From contig QKEV01000011.1 of assembly GCA_003252295.1 (NCBI GenBank), positions 7,127 to 71,126 on the forward strand: a stretch of 64,000 nt of DNA, given 5' to 3'. Position numbers and translations under genes: made by a program. This stretch comes from a bacterium (GTDB taxonomy: Bacteria > Patescibacteriota > Minisyncoccia > Phycocordibacterales > UBA12088). Position 1 is the first letter of the stretch; the number at the start of each line of letters is the position of its first letter. The notes under the pieces are model-generated. The model made no database searches. It had not been told where the DNA came from and saw only the letters and a program-made list of their open reading frames with translations. Below, piece by piece: positions 10,168-18,906 of this stretch.

Positions 10168-11436
10168 TCATATGGATAATTTTACCTGAGTAATATCACT
10201 CCATCTTGTGGTGTAGCGTGGTGACATGTGTGCACGCTTTGAACGCCAGGTGTTTTTCCCGAGCTCAGCAGCAGTCTGGACTGTGAGACCGTACTCACCC
10301 TGTAGCATGTCGAGTGTATCCATGAGCTTACTGTTCTCATCTACCTCTTCGGCAAACAGTGTCGCTTTGGGCTGTGCGCCAACACGAACAATATCATGTA
10401 CAGCAACTCCAGCTTTCACGTACGCAACATCAGACCTATACAAGTACTCCAGTATCCTCTCTGCAACCTCCACTATAGTGAGCGTGTTGCTGGTATGGAC
10501 CGAAAGAATCTCAAAGTGGGAAAGATTCTTTGTTTGACCATACCCTTTTGCCCGCACGAACACCGATACACGTTTTGCTACACAATCCTCTGCGCGTAGC
10601 ATCTCTGCTGCAGCACGAGCATGACGAGCAACAGCTGAACACACCTCATGTTTCTCTTGTACAGCAGTACCAAATGACTGTGAGTTCATGAGTGACTTAC
10701 GCACCTCATTACTCTCCCCGATAGAAAAGTATTGCTTGCCACTGAGCTCCTGTACCGTGCGCCCTAGTCCCACGTGCACACTCCTCCCAGCATCACTCTT
10801 CACATACTCCACAAGATCATGAGCAGTTGCTATACCTAAACGTTCCAACTGTGGTGCACCACGTCGTCCGACACCCCACACATCTGCAACAGCAGTATCT
10901 CTAAGCACATCCTGTACAGCACCTTGTTCAATGAGTACTGGAAAGTGTCGCTTCTGGTAACTCGGCTTCATGGTATGCGCTGACACTTTTGCTAGAGTCT
11001 TTGTGCTACCTATACCAATAGTTACTGGTACACCTACCTCCTTGAGCACAACTTGTCGTATCTTCTTAGCTTGTGAGCACAGTATCCCACCATCTCTACA
11101 CTCAAGTACAAGAAAGGCCTCATCAATCGAGTATGTTTCGACCGTATCAGAAAAACGGCGTAGTACACTCATGACACGCTTCGATACATCACGGTACAGT
11201 TCGAAGTTTGAGGAAAACACCGCAACATCTTCACGCTTGCACACATCACGGACCATAAAGAATGGTACCCCCATAGAAATACCAAGCTGCTTCACCTCTT
11301 GTGAACGCGAGATCACGCAACCATCGTTACTCGAGAGCACGAGAACCGGGTGTGTACGCAGGTCAGGACGAAAGAGCCGTTCACACGACACAAAGAAGTT
11401 GTCACAATCAACAAGTGCTATCACTGACTTCTTCAT
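10168..11436 (-). CDS. umuC: Y-family DNA polymerase (UmuC-like)
   Basis: ALVDCDNFFVSCE, VLSSNDGCVI, YSIDEAF, C-terminal SPRYTTRW. Confidence 0.93.
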   Translation of the reverse strand: MKKSVIALVDCDNFFVSCERLFRPDLRTHPVLVLSSNDGCVISRSQEVKQLGISMGVPFFMVRDVCKREDVAVFSSNFELYRDVSKRVMSVLRRFSDTVETYSIDEAFLVLECRDGGILCSQAKKIRQVVLKEVGVPVTIGIGSTKTLAKVSAHTMKPSYQKRHFPVLIEQGAVQDVLRDTAVADVWGVGRRGAPQLERLGIATAHDLVEYVKSDAGRSVHVGLGRTVQELSGKQYFSIGESNEVRKSLMNSQSFGTAVQEKHEVCSAVARHARAAAEMLRAEDCVAKRVSVFVRAKGYGQTKNLSHFEILSVHTSNTLTIVEVAERILEYLYRSDVAYVKAGVAVHDIVRVGAQPKATLFAEEVDENSKLMDTLDMLQGEYGLTVQTAAELGKNTWRSKRAHMSPRYTTRWSDITQVKLSI

Positions 11437-11533
11437 AGCAATACATCACAATCACGAACTAATAGATTTGAATGAAGTTCGAGGTGTCGAGGAAACATCA
11501 GCTTGAATAGCACAAACACACGAGTCCTAATAC

Positions 11534-12031
11534 CTAAAGTCTACGGCTAAGAGCGGAAACAACACCCCAGATGTATACCCCATCACCATCACACACCTCC
11601 TGCTTTACCGCATCTCCCACACCACACACCAAAAACTGTCTACCTTCATGCTCAGTGTAGCGACAAAGAGAAAATGCACCTTCACGTACCGCTAAGACGA
11701 GGTTACCGAGAACAGGAGTGAGTGCTCTATCGATAGTGAGTATGTCACCCTGCATAACACCAAGAAACTTGTTCTCCTCTATCTTTACTGGACCATCAGG
11801 ATTACCCACTTCAACAAAGTAGGTTGCTGCAGGGTGCTGTACGAACAACTTATCTAGAGAGAGAGCGTTCTTGTAACCATCAGACATTGCATAGTCCGCA
11901 CTCTCCTCAAGTGCATAGCGACATGCAGCACACACCACCTCACCACCATTGCCATGCACATGCTTGTCCTTACTAAGTGACGTACGTACAAAAGATACTG
12001 GTTTCATAGTTTTATGTTCTTGTTTTTCCAT
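11534..12031 (-). CDS. UmuD-like S24-fold protein, apparently lacking catalytic residues
   Basis: LSLDKLFVQHPAATYFVEV, GDILTIDRAL, IWGVV; lies between lexA and umuC. Confidence 0.75.
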   Translation of the reverse strand: MEKQEHKTMKPVSFVRTSLSKDKHVHGNGGEVVCAACRYALEESADYAMSDGYKNALSLDKLFVQHPAATYFVEVGNPDGPVKIEENKFLGVMQGDILTIDRALTPVLGNLVLAVREGAFSLCRYTEHEGRQFLVCGVGDAVKQEVCDGDGVYIWGVVSALSRRL

Positions 12032-12075
12032 ACCACCTAGTACGAAAAGATTGAGTGGTAAATTTCACAATTAAT

Positions 12076-12642
12076 TTATGAGTATGTTCTAATAACACTT
12101 CGCACCACACCGCCAATCTCCAGAGACTGCTCAGGCCACAGGTCATCATAATCTTCGTTTGCCGCCTCGAGGTACCTCTTTCCTTTCTTCTCTCGTAAGT
12201 ATTTAACTGTCCATTCGCCATCAAGGTTTGCTGCTACAATATCTCCCACCCGCGCAGTCGATGTTTTCTCCACCAAGAGAAGATCACCCTCATGTATGCC
12301 GGCATCTATCATGGAGAGTCCTTTCACACGCAAGAGGTACATGTTCTCTTTTTTACCAAGTAAGAGGTCATCTATAGCAATGTGGTCGAGTGACATCTCT
12401 TCTGCAGGTGAAGGGAAACCTGCCTCAATGTATCCAAGAAGCGGCACCTCACTCTCAAGAGCAAGTGGCACCAAACGCCCCTGATTATCACGTTCTACCA
12501 TTCCAGCATCGACAAGTTTCTGTACCACCTTAGCAACAGCATTCTTAGAGGCAAAACCAAAGAGGGTGCACATCTCACTGTATCCAGGCATCCTCTTGTG
12601 GTTCTTGTAGAACGTTTTGAGTAGGTCTCTGTAGTGCTCCAT
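12076..12642 (-). CDS. lexA: LexA repressor
   Basis: N-terminal wHTH (PGYSEM...SKNAV), AG cleavage site (IEAGFP), VKGLSM catalytic Ser, TVK catalytic Lys. Confidence 0.92.
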   Translation of the reverse strand: MEHYRDLLKTFYKNHKRMPGYSEMCTLFGFASKNAVAKVVQKLVDAGMVERDNQGRLVPLALESEVPLLGYIEAGFPSPAEEMSLDHIAIDDLLLGKKENMYLLRVKGLSMIDAGIHEGDLLLVEKTSTARVGDIVAANLDGEWTVKYLREKKGKRYLEAANEDYDDLWPEQSLEIGGVVRSVIRTYS

Positions 12643-12650
12643 ACCGTATA

Positions 12651-12914
12651 CTATGCAAAGTTCCAGTTAAAGAGTCGTGTAGAGACACGTTGGTTGAGAC
12701 TCTTACGGACAGGACTTTTTCCGAAACGAGAGCGTCGGAAGATCTGCAAGGTTGTGTCTTCCTGTACACCCAAGCGCTGGAGTGCGCTGAGGAGGTCTCG
12801 GTGACGACGTGCTTCTTTTTCATATGAACAACCCCGTACGATCTTGGTATCTATCACAGTATTAAGCTTTTTTAGCTCCCTGTTAAGTTCTTTGAGAAGT
12901 GTTGTTTTGTTCAT
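12651..12914 (-). CDS. Basic hypothetical protein, first gene of the lexA operon
   Basis: MNKTTLLKELNRELKKL...; starts 29 nt after the operon -10 and ends 8 nt before lexA. Confidence 0.6.
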   Translation of the reverse strand: MNKTTLLKELNRELKKLNTVIDTKIVRGCSYEKEARRHRDLLSALQRLGVQEDTTLQIFRRSRFGKSPVRKSLNQRVSTRLFNWNFA

Positions 12915-12942
12915 AAGCCCTTTAGTTAATGAATATGTGTAC

Positions 12943-12971
12943 AGTATAAGTGAACGTTCGTTCACCGTCAA
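12943..12971 (-). promoter_or_regulatory. sigma70 promoter with SOS-box-like palindrome in the spacer
   Basis: TTGACG, 17 nt, TATACT; the spacer holds GTGAAC-N4-GTTCAC (12950-12965), matching GAAC-N4-GTTC. Confidence 0.8.
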
Positions 12972-13051
12972 CTTTTTTCCCCGCTTTACCCTCTTTACGG
13001 TACGCATTTTTCTCACTGTCAAACTTATCGACATACACCCCATGGTATGAA

Positions 13052-13079
13052 TTGACAACAGGTATTCCTTTGCTACTAT
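13052..13079 (+). promoter_or_regulatory. sigma70 promoter for the peptide-rSAM unit
   Basis: TTGACA, 16 nt, (TG-C)TACTAT. Confidence 0.65.
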
Positions 13080-13137
13080 CAAAATAGACCGTAGGTGGTA
13101 ACTATCACACTGCATTAATCAACAAAGGGGGATACAA

Positions 13138-13266
13138 ATGGAAAAGAAACAAAGTACCGAAGAGAAGGCAGAAAAGGTTCTCAAACAACTGCAGAAGATG
13201 AGAGGAGATGTCAAAGACATTCCGCCAATGAAACGTCTTCCCATGGTTAATGGAGAAGGATGCTAA
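13138..13266 (+). CDS. Putative RiPP precursor peptide (42 aa, missing from ORF track)
   Basis: MEKKQSTEEKAEKVLKQLQKMRGDVKDIPPMKRLPMVNGEGC; SD AAAGGGGG; directly upstream of an rSAM/SPASM gene. Confidence 0.7.
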   Translation: MEKKQSTEEKAEKVLKQLQKMRGDVKDIPPMKRLPMVNGEGC

Positions 13267-13274
13267 GAGTTTTT

Positions 13275-13302
13275 GAGCCCTCGTATTTGTACCGGAGGGC
13301 TC
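13275..13302 (+). promoter_or_regulatory. Intra-operon stem-loop between peptide and rSAM
   Basis: GAGCCCTC...GAGGGCTC hairpin followed by aacatttttt. Confidence 0.6.
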
Positions 13303-13326
13303 TAACATTTTTTCTGGAGATCAGAG

Positions 13327-14337
13327 ATGGAATATGAAAAATTTTCTGCGCTGCAGATTGAATACTCTTCAAGATGCAATATGCAGGATGTATGCAAGCA
13401 TTGCTATGGAGCAACAGGTATTCATGAAGCAGAAAAGACGATACCAGATAAAGTGATGGAGGTCATACTTGCTGAAGCAAAATACATTGCGTCTTCTATC
13501 ACCATTACCGGAGGTGAACCAGCAACATTTCCTCACATGACGAGAAGGATTTGCAATGAGTCAGGGCTTCCGGTTTTTGTTATGACCAACGGAATGAAGC
13601 TCATTGAAGGTATTACGCCAGCTAGCGTACTTTTTTCCTTGGATGCAAATGATGCACGTCCAGGTATCAACCCAGACACCATACTCAAAAATGTTCTTGG
13701 TTACAATTGCAACCTAGCATGCAATACAGTACTCACGAGTGATCTGGACCTGTTGTCGTACTTCGAAAAAATGAAAGCGCTCAACAAGAAATTGCTTTCA
13801 CGAGGACAGCATTTGAGAGAGTGGAAACTTGGTTTTGTTATAGACAGAGGGCGAGCAACGAAACATAGAAACCTGTTCCCCGATATCGATGTCGTATTTA
13901 AACAACTACGGCAGCTACTCATCACCTATTTCGAAGACCCACCTTTTCACTTGGCAATTCGCGGCTTCCTGTACACAAAGTTTTTAACCGATGCATACTT
14001 GCAGTCAATAAAAAACTTTAAGCTTCAAGAAAAGCGAAACCCATGCCTCGACTGCTACGGCAGAGGTGAGATACTCACCGTAAACACGGAAGGACGTGTA
14101 CAGATGTGCACCGTACATCGTACTGTTTCCGAACCGATCACAGACAGTCTCATTGATGCCGTACTAAAGCTTCTACAACGGAATGAGTTCACTGCCCTCA
14201 CGTACAGAGATTGGTCTGAGTGTCACAGTTGTCGGTACTGGAACATTTGTGGCGGTGGTTGCCCATCACTTGCAGAAAACTACGGAGGTTCATGGACAGG
14301 AAAGGACACCTTTCAATGTACCATTATGGGAAAATAG
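13327..14337 (+). CDS. Radical SAM protein with SPASM domain
   Basis: CNMQDVCKHC (CX5CX2C), ITGGEP, MTNG; SPASM C-x12-G-x4-C...CHSC-x5-CGGGC...C. Confidence 0.9.
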   Translation: MEYEKFSALQIEYSSRCNMQDVCKHCYGATGIHEAEKTIPDKVMEVILAEAKYIASSITITGGEPATFPHMTRRICNESGLPVFVMTNGMKLIEGITPASVLFSLDANDARPGINPDTILKNVLGYNCNLACNTVLTSDLDLLSYFEKMKALNKKLLSRGQHLREWKLGFVIDRGRATKHRNLFPDIDVVFKQLRQLLITYFEDPPFHLAIRGFLYTKFLTDAYLQSIKNFKLQEKRNPCLDCYGRGEILTVNTEGRVQMCTVHRTVSEPITDSLIDAVLKLLQRNEFTALTYRDWSECHSCRYWNICGGGCPSLAENYGGSWTGKDTFQCTIMGK

Positions 14338-14406
14338 GAAGAATATATACTTCCTATACTACCTAAAAAAATTCAAGACAGTTTTCAAACCTTACTGTCA
14401 TAGCAC

Positions 14407-14439
14407 GCTGCCGCTCTCCACATTGTGGACAGCGGCAGT
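14407..14439. terminator. Stem-loop after the rSAM gene
   Basis: gctgccgct-ctccacattgtggac-agcggcagt. Confidence 0.55.
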
Positions 14440-14460
14440 AACTATTACTATTATCTACAC

Positions 14461-15150
14461 ATGTACACAAAAGATTTTGCAAACAACTACGACACGCTTG
14501 GCTGGGGAAACTTTTCAGAAAAGGTTTATATGGATATTCGTGCACATGTAAAAAACAAAAAAAATATTTTAGATATTGCTTGTGGGACAGGTGTACTCGC
14601 AAACAAACTGGCAGCTGATGGACATAATGTGTGGGGATTTGACCTATCTGACGACATGATACGGGTCGCAAAAAGAAAAACGTCAACAGCAGTATTTAGT
14701 GTCAACAATATGAATACGTTCCAGATGAAAAAAGAATTTGATGCTATCACCTGTGTATATGACTCGATAAATCACATAACAAACTGGAAACATTTTTTTA
14801 AGAATGTTGCAAAACATTTAACGCAAGACGGTGTGTTTATTTTTGACTACAACACGATTGCCGGACTCAAAAAATGGGGTAACCCGTTTATACAAGAAAC
14901 AAAAGACACCATATGCAGCTTTTCTGGTTCATACAACAACAAAAAGCACTCAGCAAAACTCAACCTCAAATGCTACAAAAAACAACACAGTAATGAACTT
15001 ACGACACTTGTTGAAGATTCATTTACAAGTTACACCTACACCAAAAGAGAGGTTATGTGGTGGCTAAAAAATGCTGGATTAACAACAAAGAAACTATACC
15101 CGAATAAACATAACCCTTATCGAGAAACCCTCATTTGTACAAAAAAGTAG
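14461..15150 (+). CDS. Class I SAM-dependent methyltransferase
   Basis: ILDIACGTG, GFDLSDDM, FDAITCVYDSINH, GVFIFD. Confidence 0.9.
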   Translation: MYTKDFANNYDTLGWGNFSEKVYMDIRAHVKNKKNILDIACGTGVLANKLAADGHNVWGFDLSDDMIRVAKRKTSTAVFSVNNMNTFQMKKEFDAITCVYDSINHITNWKHFFKNVAKHLTQDGVFIFDYNTIAGLKKWGNPFIQETKDTICSFSGSYNNKKHSAKLNLKCYKKQHSNELTTLVEDSFTSYTYTKREVMWWLKNAGLTTKKLYPNKHNPYRETLICTKK

Positions 15151-15209
15151 TGCTACTACACACAGGATCTACGTGTGAGTGTTTGATAAAAATATGCTAC
15201 AGTTTACGC

Positions 15210-15785
15210 ATGAAAACTTTTTTACTTAAATCAATACTACTTCTATCACTTATTAGTAATGCCCTCCTGCTCTACCTCGTAGTGGAGCAGAAGAATGTGC
15301 AGAATGCAGTTGAACATGAAGAACTTGCACAGCAAGCAGAGCAACCTGTCATGCGTTTACCTGAGAGTGGCAACACGTACCCTCTCATACGTATTATCGA
15401 CGGCGATACTATTGTAGTAGGTTTTGATAAGCAAACACAGTACGTACGTCTCATTGGTATTGACTCACCTGAACCAAATGACCCAGGAGGACCTGAGTGT
15501 TACGCTGATGAAGCAACAAAACATCTTCAAGCATTAGCACAAACAGGATTAGTGGTGCTTCATTTTGATGAGTCACAGGGTACACGCGATACGTATGGAC
15601 GTCTTCTTGCCTACATTGAACTTCCTGATGGAACCGACCTTGGAAAGAAAATGATTGAAGATGGTTATGCACGTGAGTACACCTACAACACAGCATATAC
15701 TCGACAAGCAGACTACCAAGCAGCTGAAAATGATGCTATGGAAAATGAGCGTGGTTTATGGGCTCCAGGTGCCTGTGATGAATAG
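15210..15785 (+). CDS. Membrane-anchored/secreted thermonuclease (SNase family)
   Basis: IIDGDT, VRLIGIDSPE, DTYGRLLAY, RGLW; N-terminal TM helix. Confidence 0.93.
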   Translation: MKTFLLKSILLLSLISNALLLYLVVEQKNVQNAVEHEELAQQAEQPVMRLPESGNTYPLIRIIDGDTIVVGFDKQTQYVRLIGIDSPEPNDPGGPECYADEATKHLQALAQTGLVVLHFDESQGTRDTYGRLLAYIELPDGTDLGKKMIEDGYAREYTYNTAYTRQADYQAAENDAMENERGLWAPGACDE

Positions 15786-15789
15786 TAAA

Positions 15790-16629
15790 CTACTTGTCCT
15801 CTAGTTTCTTAAGGCGTTCATCTTCCACCTCTATGTAGCCAGTGGCAGCATTCTCTACACACTGTAGTACGAGGTACTGCGTACCAGAAAGCACATCAGT
15901 TGTGAGTAAGTAGTACTCTCTCGATACACGCGCAAGCGAAAGCGCAAGCCCTTCGGTCTCATATGCAGTATGAGGAAGTTCGGGAAGTTTATTAACTGGG
16001 TTAGTTACGAGAAGCGTACTTTCAAGTGAATAGTCTACGCCATACTCAGTCTGTGGACCGTACGCTACCACGAGCCCTGTTTCCACATCGATAACTGCAT
16101 GCTGCTGACAACTTGAGCCACAACCCCACTCAGCAACTGCAAACCGTCCTGCAAAGACCGCTCCCTTTTTCAACGCAGCCGTAATGACACGTTCATTCTC
16201 TTCCGCTTCTTTAAATATTGAAAAGTCTGGTTTGGTAGCAACTTCTCCTTCATACATGACGATCTTACTATCTGAACTTGTTGCAAAACGAAACTCCTGA
16301 CGCTCTAGTACACTCTTGCAGGTAAGTGCTTTTGATTGCACTTCTTGCAGTTCACCGGCTCGTTTGTACACACCACCCTGCTCACGCACAGCACCCCATA
16401 CCCAGAGTACGTAGTCACCAGAACAAGTGTGTACCAAACGACCAAACGGATACCAGGATACCTGTACACCGTCCTGAAGAAGAGCTCCCTCGCTGTCATA
16501 ACACACCGAAGCAAGAGGTCCGAATGACTCGAGTACCTTGTCTGTTGTGTGCCCAATACCACTTGAGTCCATCCATGGCGCCCACAGAGGGATTACCACT
16601 AAGAGTGTAATAAATAAGGCACGTACCAT
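15790..16629 (-). CDS. Exported hypothetical protein with FAGRF...WGCGSSC motif
   Basis: N-terminal hydrophobic segment; paired Cys residues. Confidence 0.7.
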   Translation of the reverse strand: MVRALFITLLVVIPLWAPWMDSSGIGHTTDKVLESFGPLASVCYDSEGALLQDGVQVSWYPFGRLVHTCSGDYVLWVWGAVREQGGVYKRAGELQEVQSKALTCKSVLERQEFRFATSSDSKIVMYEGEVATKPDFSIFKEAEENERVITAALKKGAVFAGRFAVAEWGCGSSCQQHAVIDVETGLVVAYGPQTEYGVDYSLESTLLVTNPVNKLPELPHTAYETEGLALSLARVSREYYLLTTDVLSGTQYLVLQCVENAATGYIEVEDERLKKLEDK

Positions 16630-16701
16630 GAAAGCAGTATACCGTCATGTCCTCTCTACGAGAACTTCACAGACTGTAGAAAAATAGTAAAAAATGAGTC
16701 C

Positions 16702-17628
16702 TTAGTAGAACAGATCCTCAAGTGCACCATACGATGTCGGACAGATAGTGAGTGCTTCACCTGGAAGGAGAAGGTTAGTGAGGTACTGTACCGCTTCTTC
16801 AAAACCACCTATCTCATCTATGAGACCAAGAGGTAACGCATCAGTTCCAAGGTATGCACGACCATCTGCAAGTGCCGCCAGGTCCTCACGAGAAAGTGGG
16901 TCACGTGCACTTGCAATCTGTGTCACCATGTACTCATGTACCTCATCAACTTCATTTTGGAAATGTTCACGTTCTACATTTGAGAGAACCCGTTCAGGAT
17001 GACCCGCATCCTTGTACGCGCCGCTTGAAATGTCTATCCAACGTGAACCTTGGTACTCGGTAGAGCTCGCAAGTTCAAGGTATGACATCGTTACCCCGAT
17101 AGACCCAACATCAGAAACAGGTGACGCAACAATGTAGTCTGTTCCAGCTGCTGCCCAGTACGCAGCGCTCGTTCCCCTGTCACGTATTACCGCAACTGTT
17201 GGCTTTGTGGCTGCAAGGAGTGCACGCATAATCTCATCACCGGCAACAGGCGTACCTCCAGGAGAATCAATATCAATAATGGTCGCTACAATACTATCAT
17301 CATTTTCAGCACGGTTGATTTTCTCAATGATACTGTCAGCACTCGTTACTGGTCCAAGATCCAACATGCCAGTAAGACCATTGTTAGTAGTAGCAATAAT
17401 ACCCTGCACCGGCACTCTCGCGACATTACATTTATTGTCCTCTCCACCCCCTGAAAATGACAAAACAACGACTAAAACTATTGCAGCAAGAAACCAAAAA
17501 ATAAGTGCTGGCACCATAAAAAGGAACGCAAGCGAAACCTTTAGTAGTTTTGTAAAAAAACCTTTTTTCTTTGAAACCTTATTAGTCTCTATAACAACCT
17601 GTTGTTCATCTGTTACATGTTGCTCCAT
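16702..17628 (-). CDS. sppA: Signal peptide peptidase SppA (S49)
   Basis: IDSPGG, SAAYW, VGSIGV, GAYKD, LGLIDEIG. Confidence 0.92.
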   Translation of the reverse strand: MEQHVTDEQQVVIETNKVSKKKGFFTKLLKVSLAFLFMVPALIFWFLAAIVLVVVLSFSGGGEDNKCNVARVPVQGIIATTNNGLTGMLDLGPVTSADSIIEKINRAENDDSIVATIIDIDSPGGTPVAGDEIMRALLAATKPTVAVIRDRGTSAAYWAAAGTDYIVASPVSDVGSIGVTMSYLELASSTEYQGSRWIDISSGAYKDAGHPERVLSNVEREHFQNEVDEVHEYMVTQIASARDPLSREDLAALADGRAYLGTDALPLGLIDEIGGFEEAVQYLTNLLLPGEALTICPTSYGALEDLFY

Positions 17629-17649
17629 ATATGTATTGTAACTATACCA

Positions 17650-17898
17650 CTAAGACCCAAGCAAAGTCTGCAAGGTTTCTAGGTAACCCGGCATGTAGGT
17701 GTGAAAAAAGATCTTTAAGAAAATAGGTAATGCAATAGTTGGTACAAGAATAGCCACAAGAAGGATGATCAAACGCCAAAACATAAACTTGCGCATTTGC
17801 CGTATGGATGTCTGCGTCATCTGCACTTGTGCCTCTATCTGGTTTAAACGCTCAAGTATCTCTTTATGTTCACTTTCTGTTTCCATGTACTCATTCAT
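17650..17898 (-). CDS. Small coiled-coil plus TM protein
   Basis: Starts 2 nt after the GH gene; single TM helix. Confidence 0.65.
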   Translation of the reverse strand: MNEYMETESEHKEILERLNQIEAQVQMTQTSIRQMRKFMFWRLIILLVAILVPTIALPIFLKIFFHTYMPGYLETLQTLLGS

Positions 17899-17900
17899 AC

Positions 17901-18905
17901 TTACTCATGGTATAACGTTTTCGCTCGTTCCCAAAACTCAGGGTGTTCATGACGAACCTTCAACCAGTACCACCACTCAGCACCCCAGAGATACTGCTTC
18001 TCAAAACGAGTTTCGCGGGCATAGCTAATAATATTCTCAAACTTATCTATATTCATACGTGAAAGTTGGAGGTCAAGATCAGACTCTGTTACTGGTTTAT
18101 TGAGCCAGGGCTCAACAGATAGTTCAATGAGCATGGACTCCTTCTTCCCCAAAAGAAGCTCCATGAGTTTTCGTTTCGCAATGTACGCTTCAGGAGGAAG
18201 AGCTGTCTTGATAGGACCAGTCGTCTCGTTCCAGAGATGCACATACACACTAGTACCAAAACTGTCGCCACGTCGATATGCCCCAAACCAAGTACCCAAG
18301 TTGCCACTATCGGTCACCAAGACCGGGTGTGCAGGATCAAGCTCGTGCACAAGAGCTATCTCTTCATCAAGAAAGTCCTTGTCGAGCGAACCACACTCTT
18401 CACGTGCATACACGGTGAGGAAGGGTTCGTTCTCAACCTGCCAGTACGCAATAGCAGGGTTATCCTTGTAGCGCTCCACAAGCACCTTCAAGTACTCACG
18501 AAGATAGTCCTTTTGCTCATCCCAACTCTTATCCTGTGCCCACTCTGGCACATGACACTCCGGCCACCTCGGCAACCGTCGCCCAACAGCAAACACCACC
18601 TTTGCATCGTACTTATTAGCAAGTTCGAGCTGCCTATCGAGCTCTGCAAAGTTCCACACACCCTCCTCTGGTGAGACCATGGTCCAGTGAGCTGCAAGTC
18701 GAAGATGTCGTACTCCTAAGTCTTCAAGGATAGCCGTATATACTTCCTCCCAATCCAACCCGAGTTCCCTCGCGTAGAGTGTGTTAAACGAAACACCATA
18801 CTGCACCTTTTCCGGATACTCGGTATGTGTGAGGTAGAGCCATACGACCCAGAACAAACATACAGCTACTATAAGGTACACCATTGTTTTTATAAGAAAT
18901 TTCAT
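17901..18905 (-). CDS. Membrane-anchored clan GH-A glycoside hydrolase
   Basis: WQVENEP acid/base motif, IELSVEPW, LWGAEWW; N-terminal TM. Confidence 0.8.
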   Translation of the reverse strand: MKFLIKTMVYLIVAVCLFWVVWLYLTHTEYPEKVQYGVSFNTLYARELGLDWEEVYTAILEDLGVRHLRLAAHWTMVSPEEGVWNFAELDRQLELANKYDAKVVFAVGRRLPRWPECHVPEWAQDKSWDEQKDYLREYLKVLVERYKDNPAIAYWQVENEPFLTVYAREECGSLDKDFLDEEIALVHELDPAHPVLVTDSGNLGTWFGAYRRGDSFGTSVYVHLWNETTGPIKTALPPEAYIAKRKLMELLLGKKESMLIELSVEPWLNKPVTESDLDLQLSRMNIDKFENIISYARETRFEKQYLWGAEWWYWLKVRHEHPEFWERAKTLYHE

Positions 18906-18906
18906 A

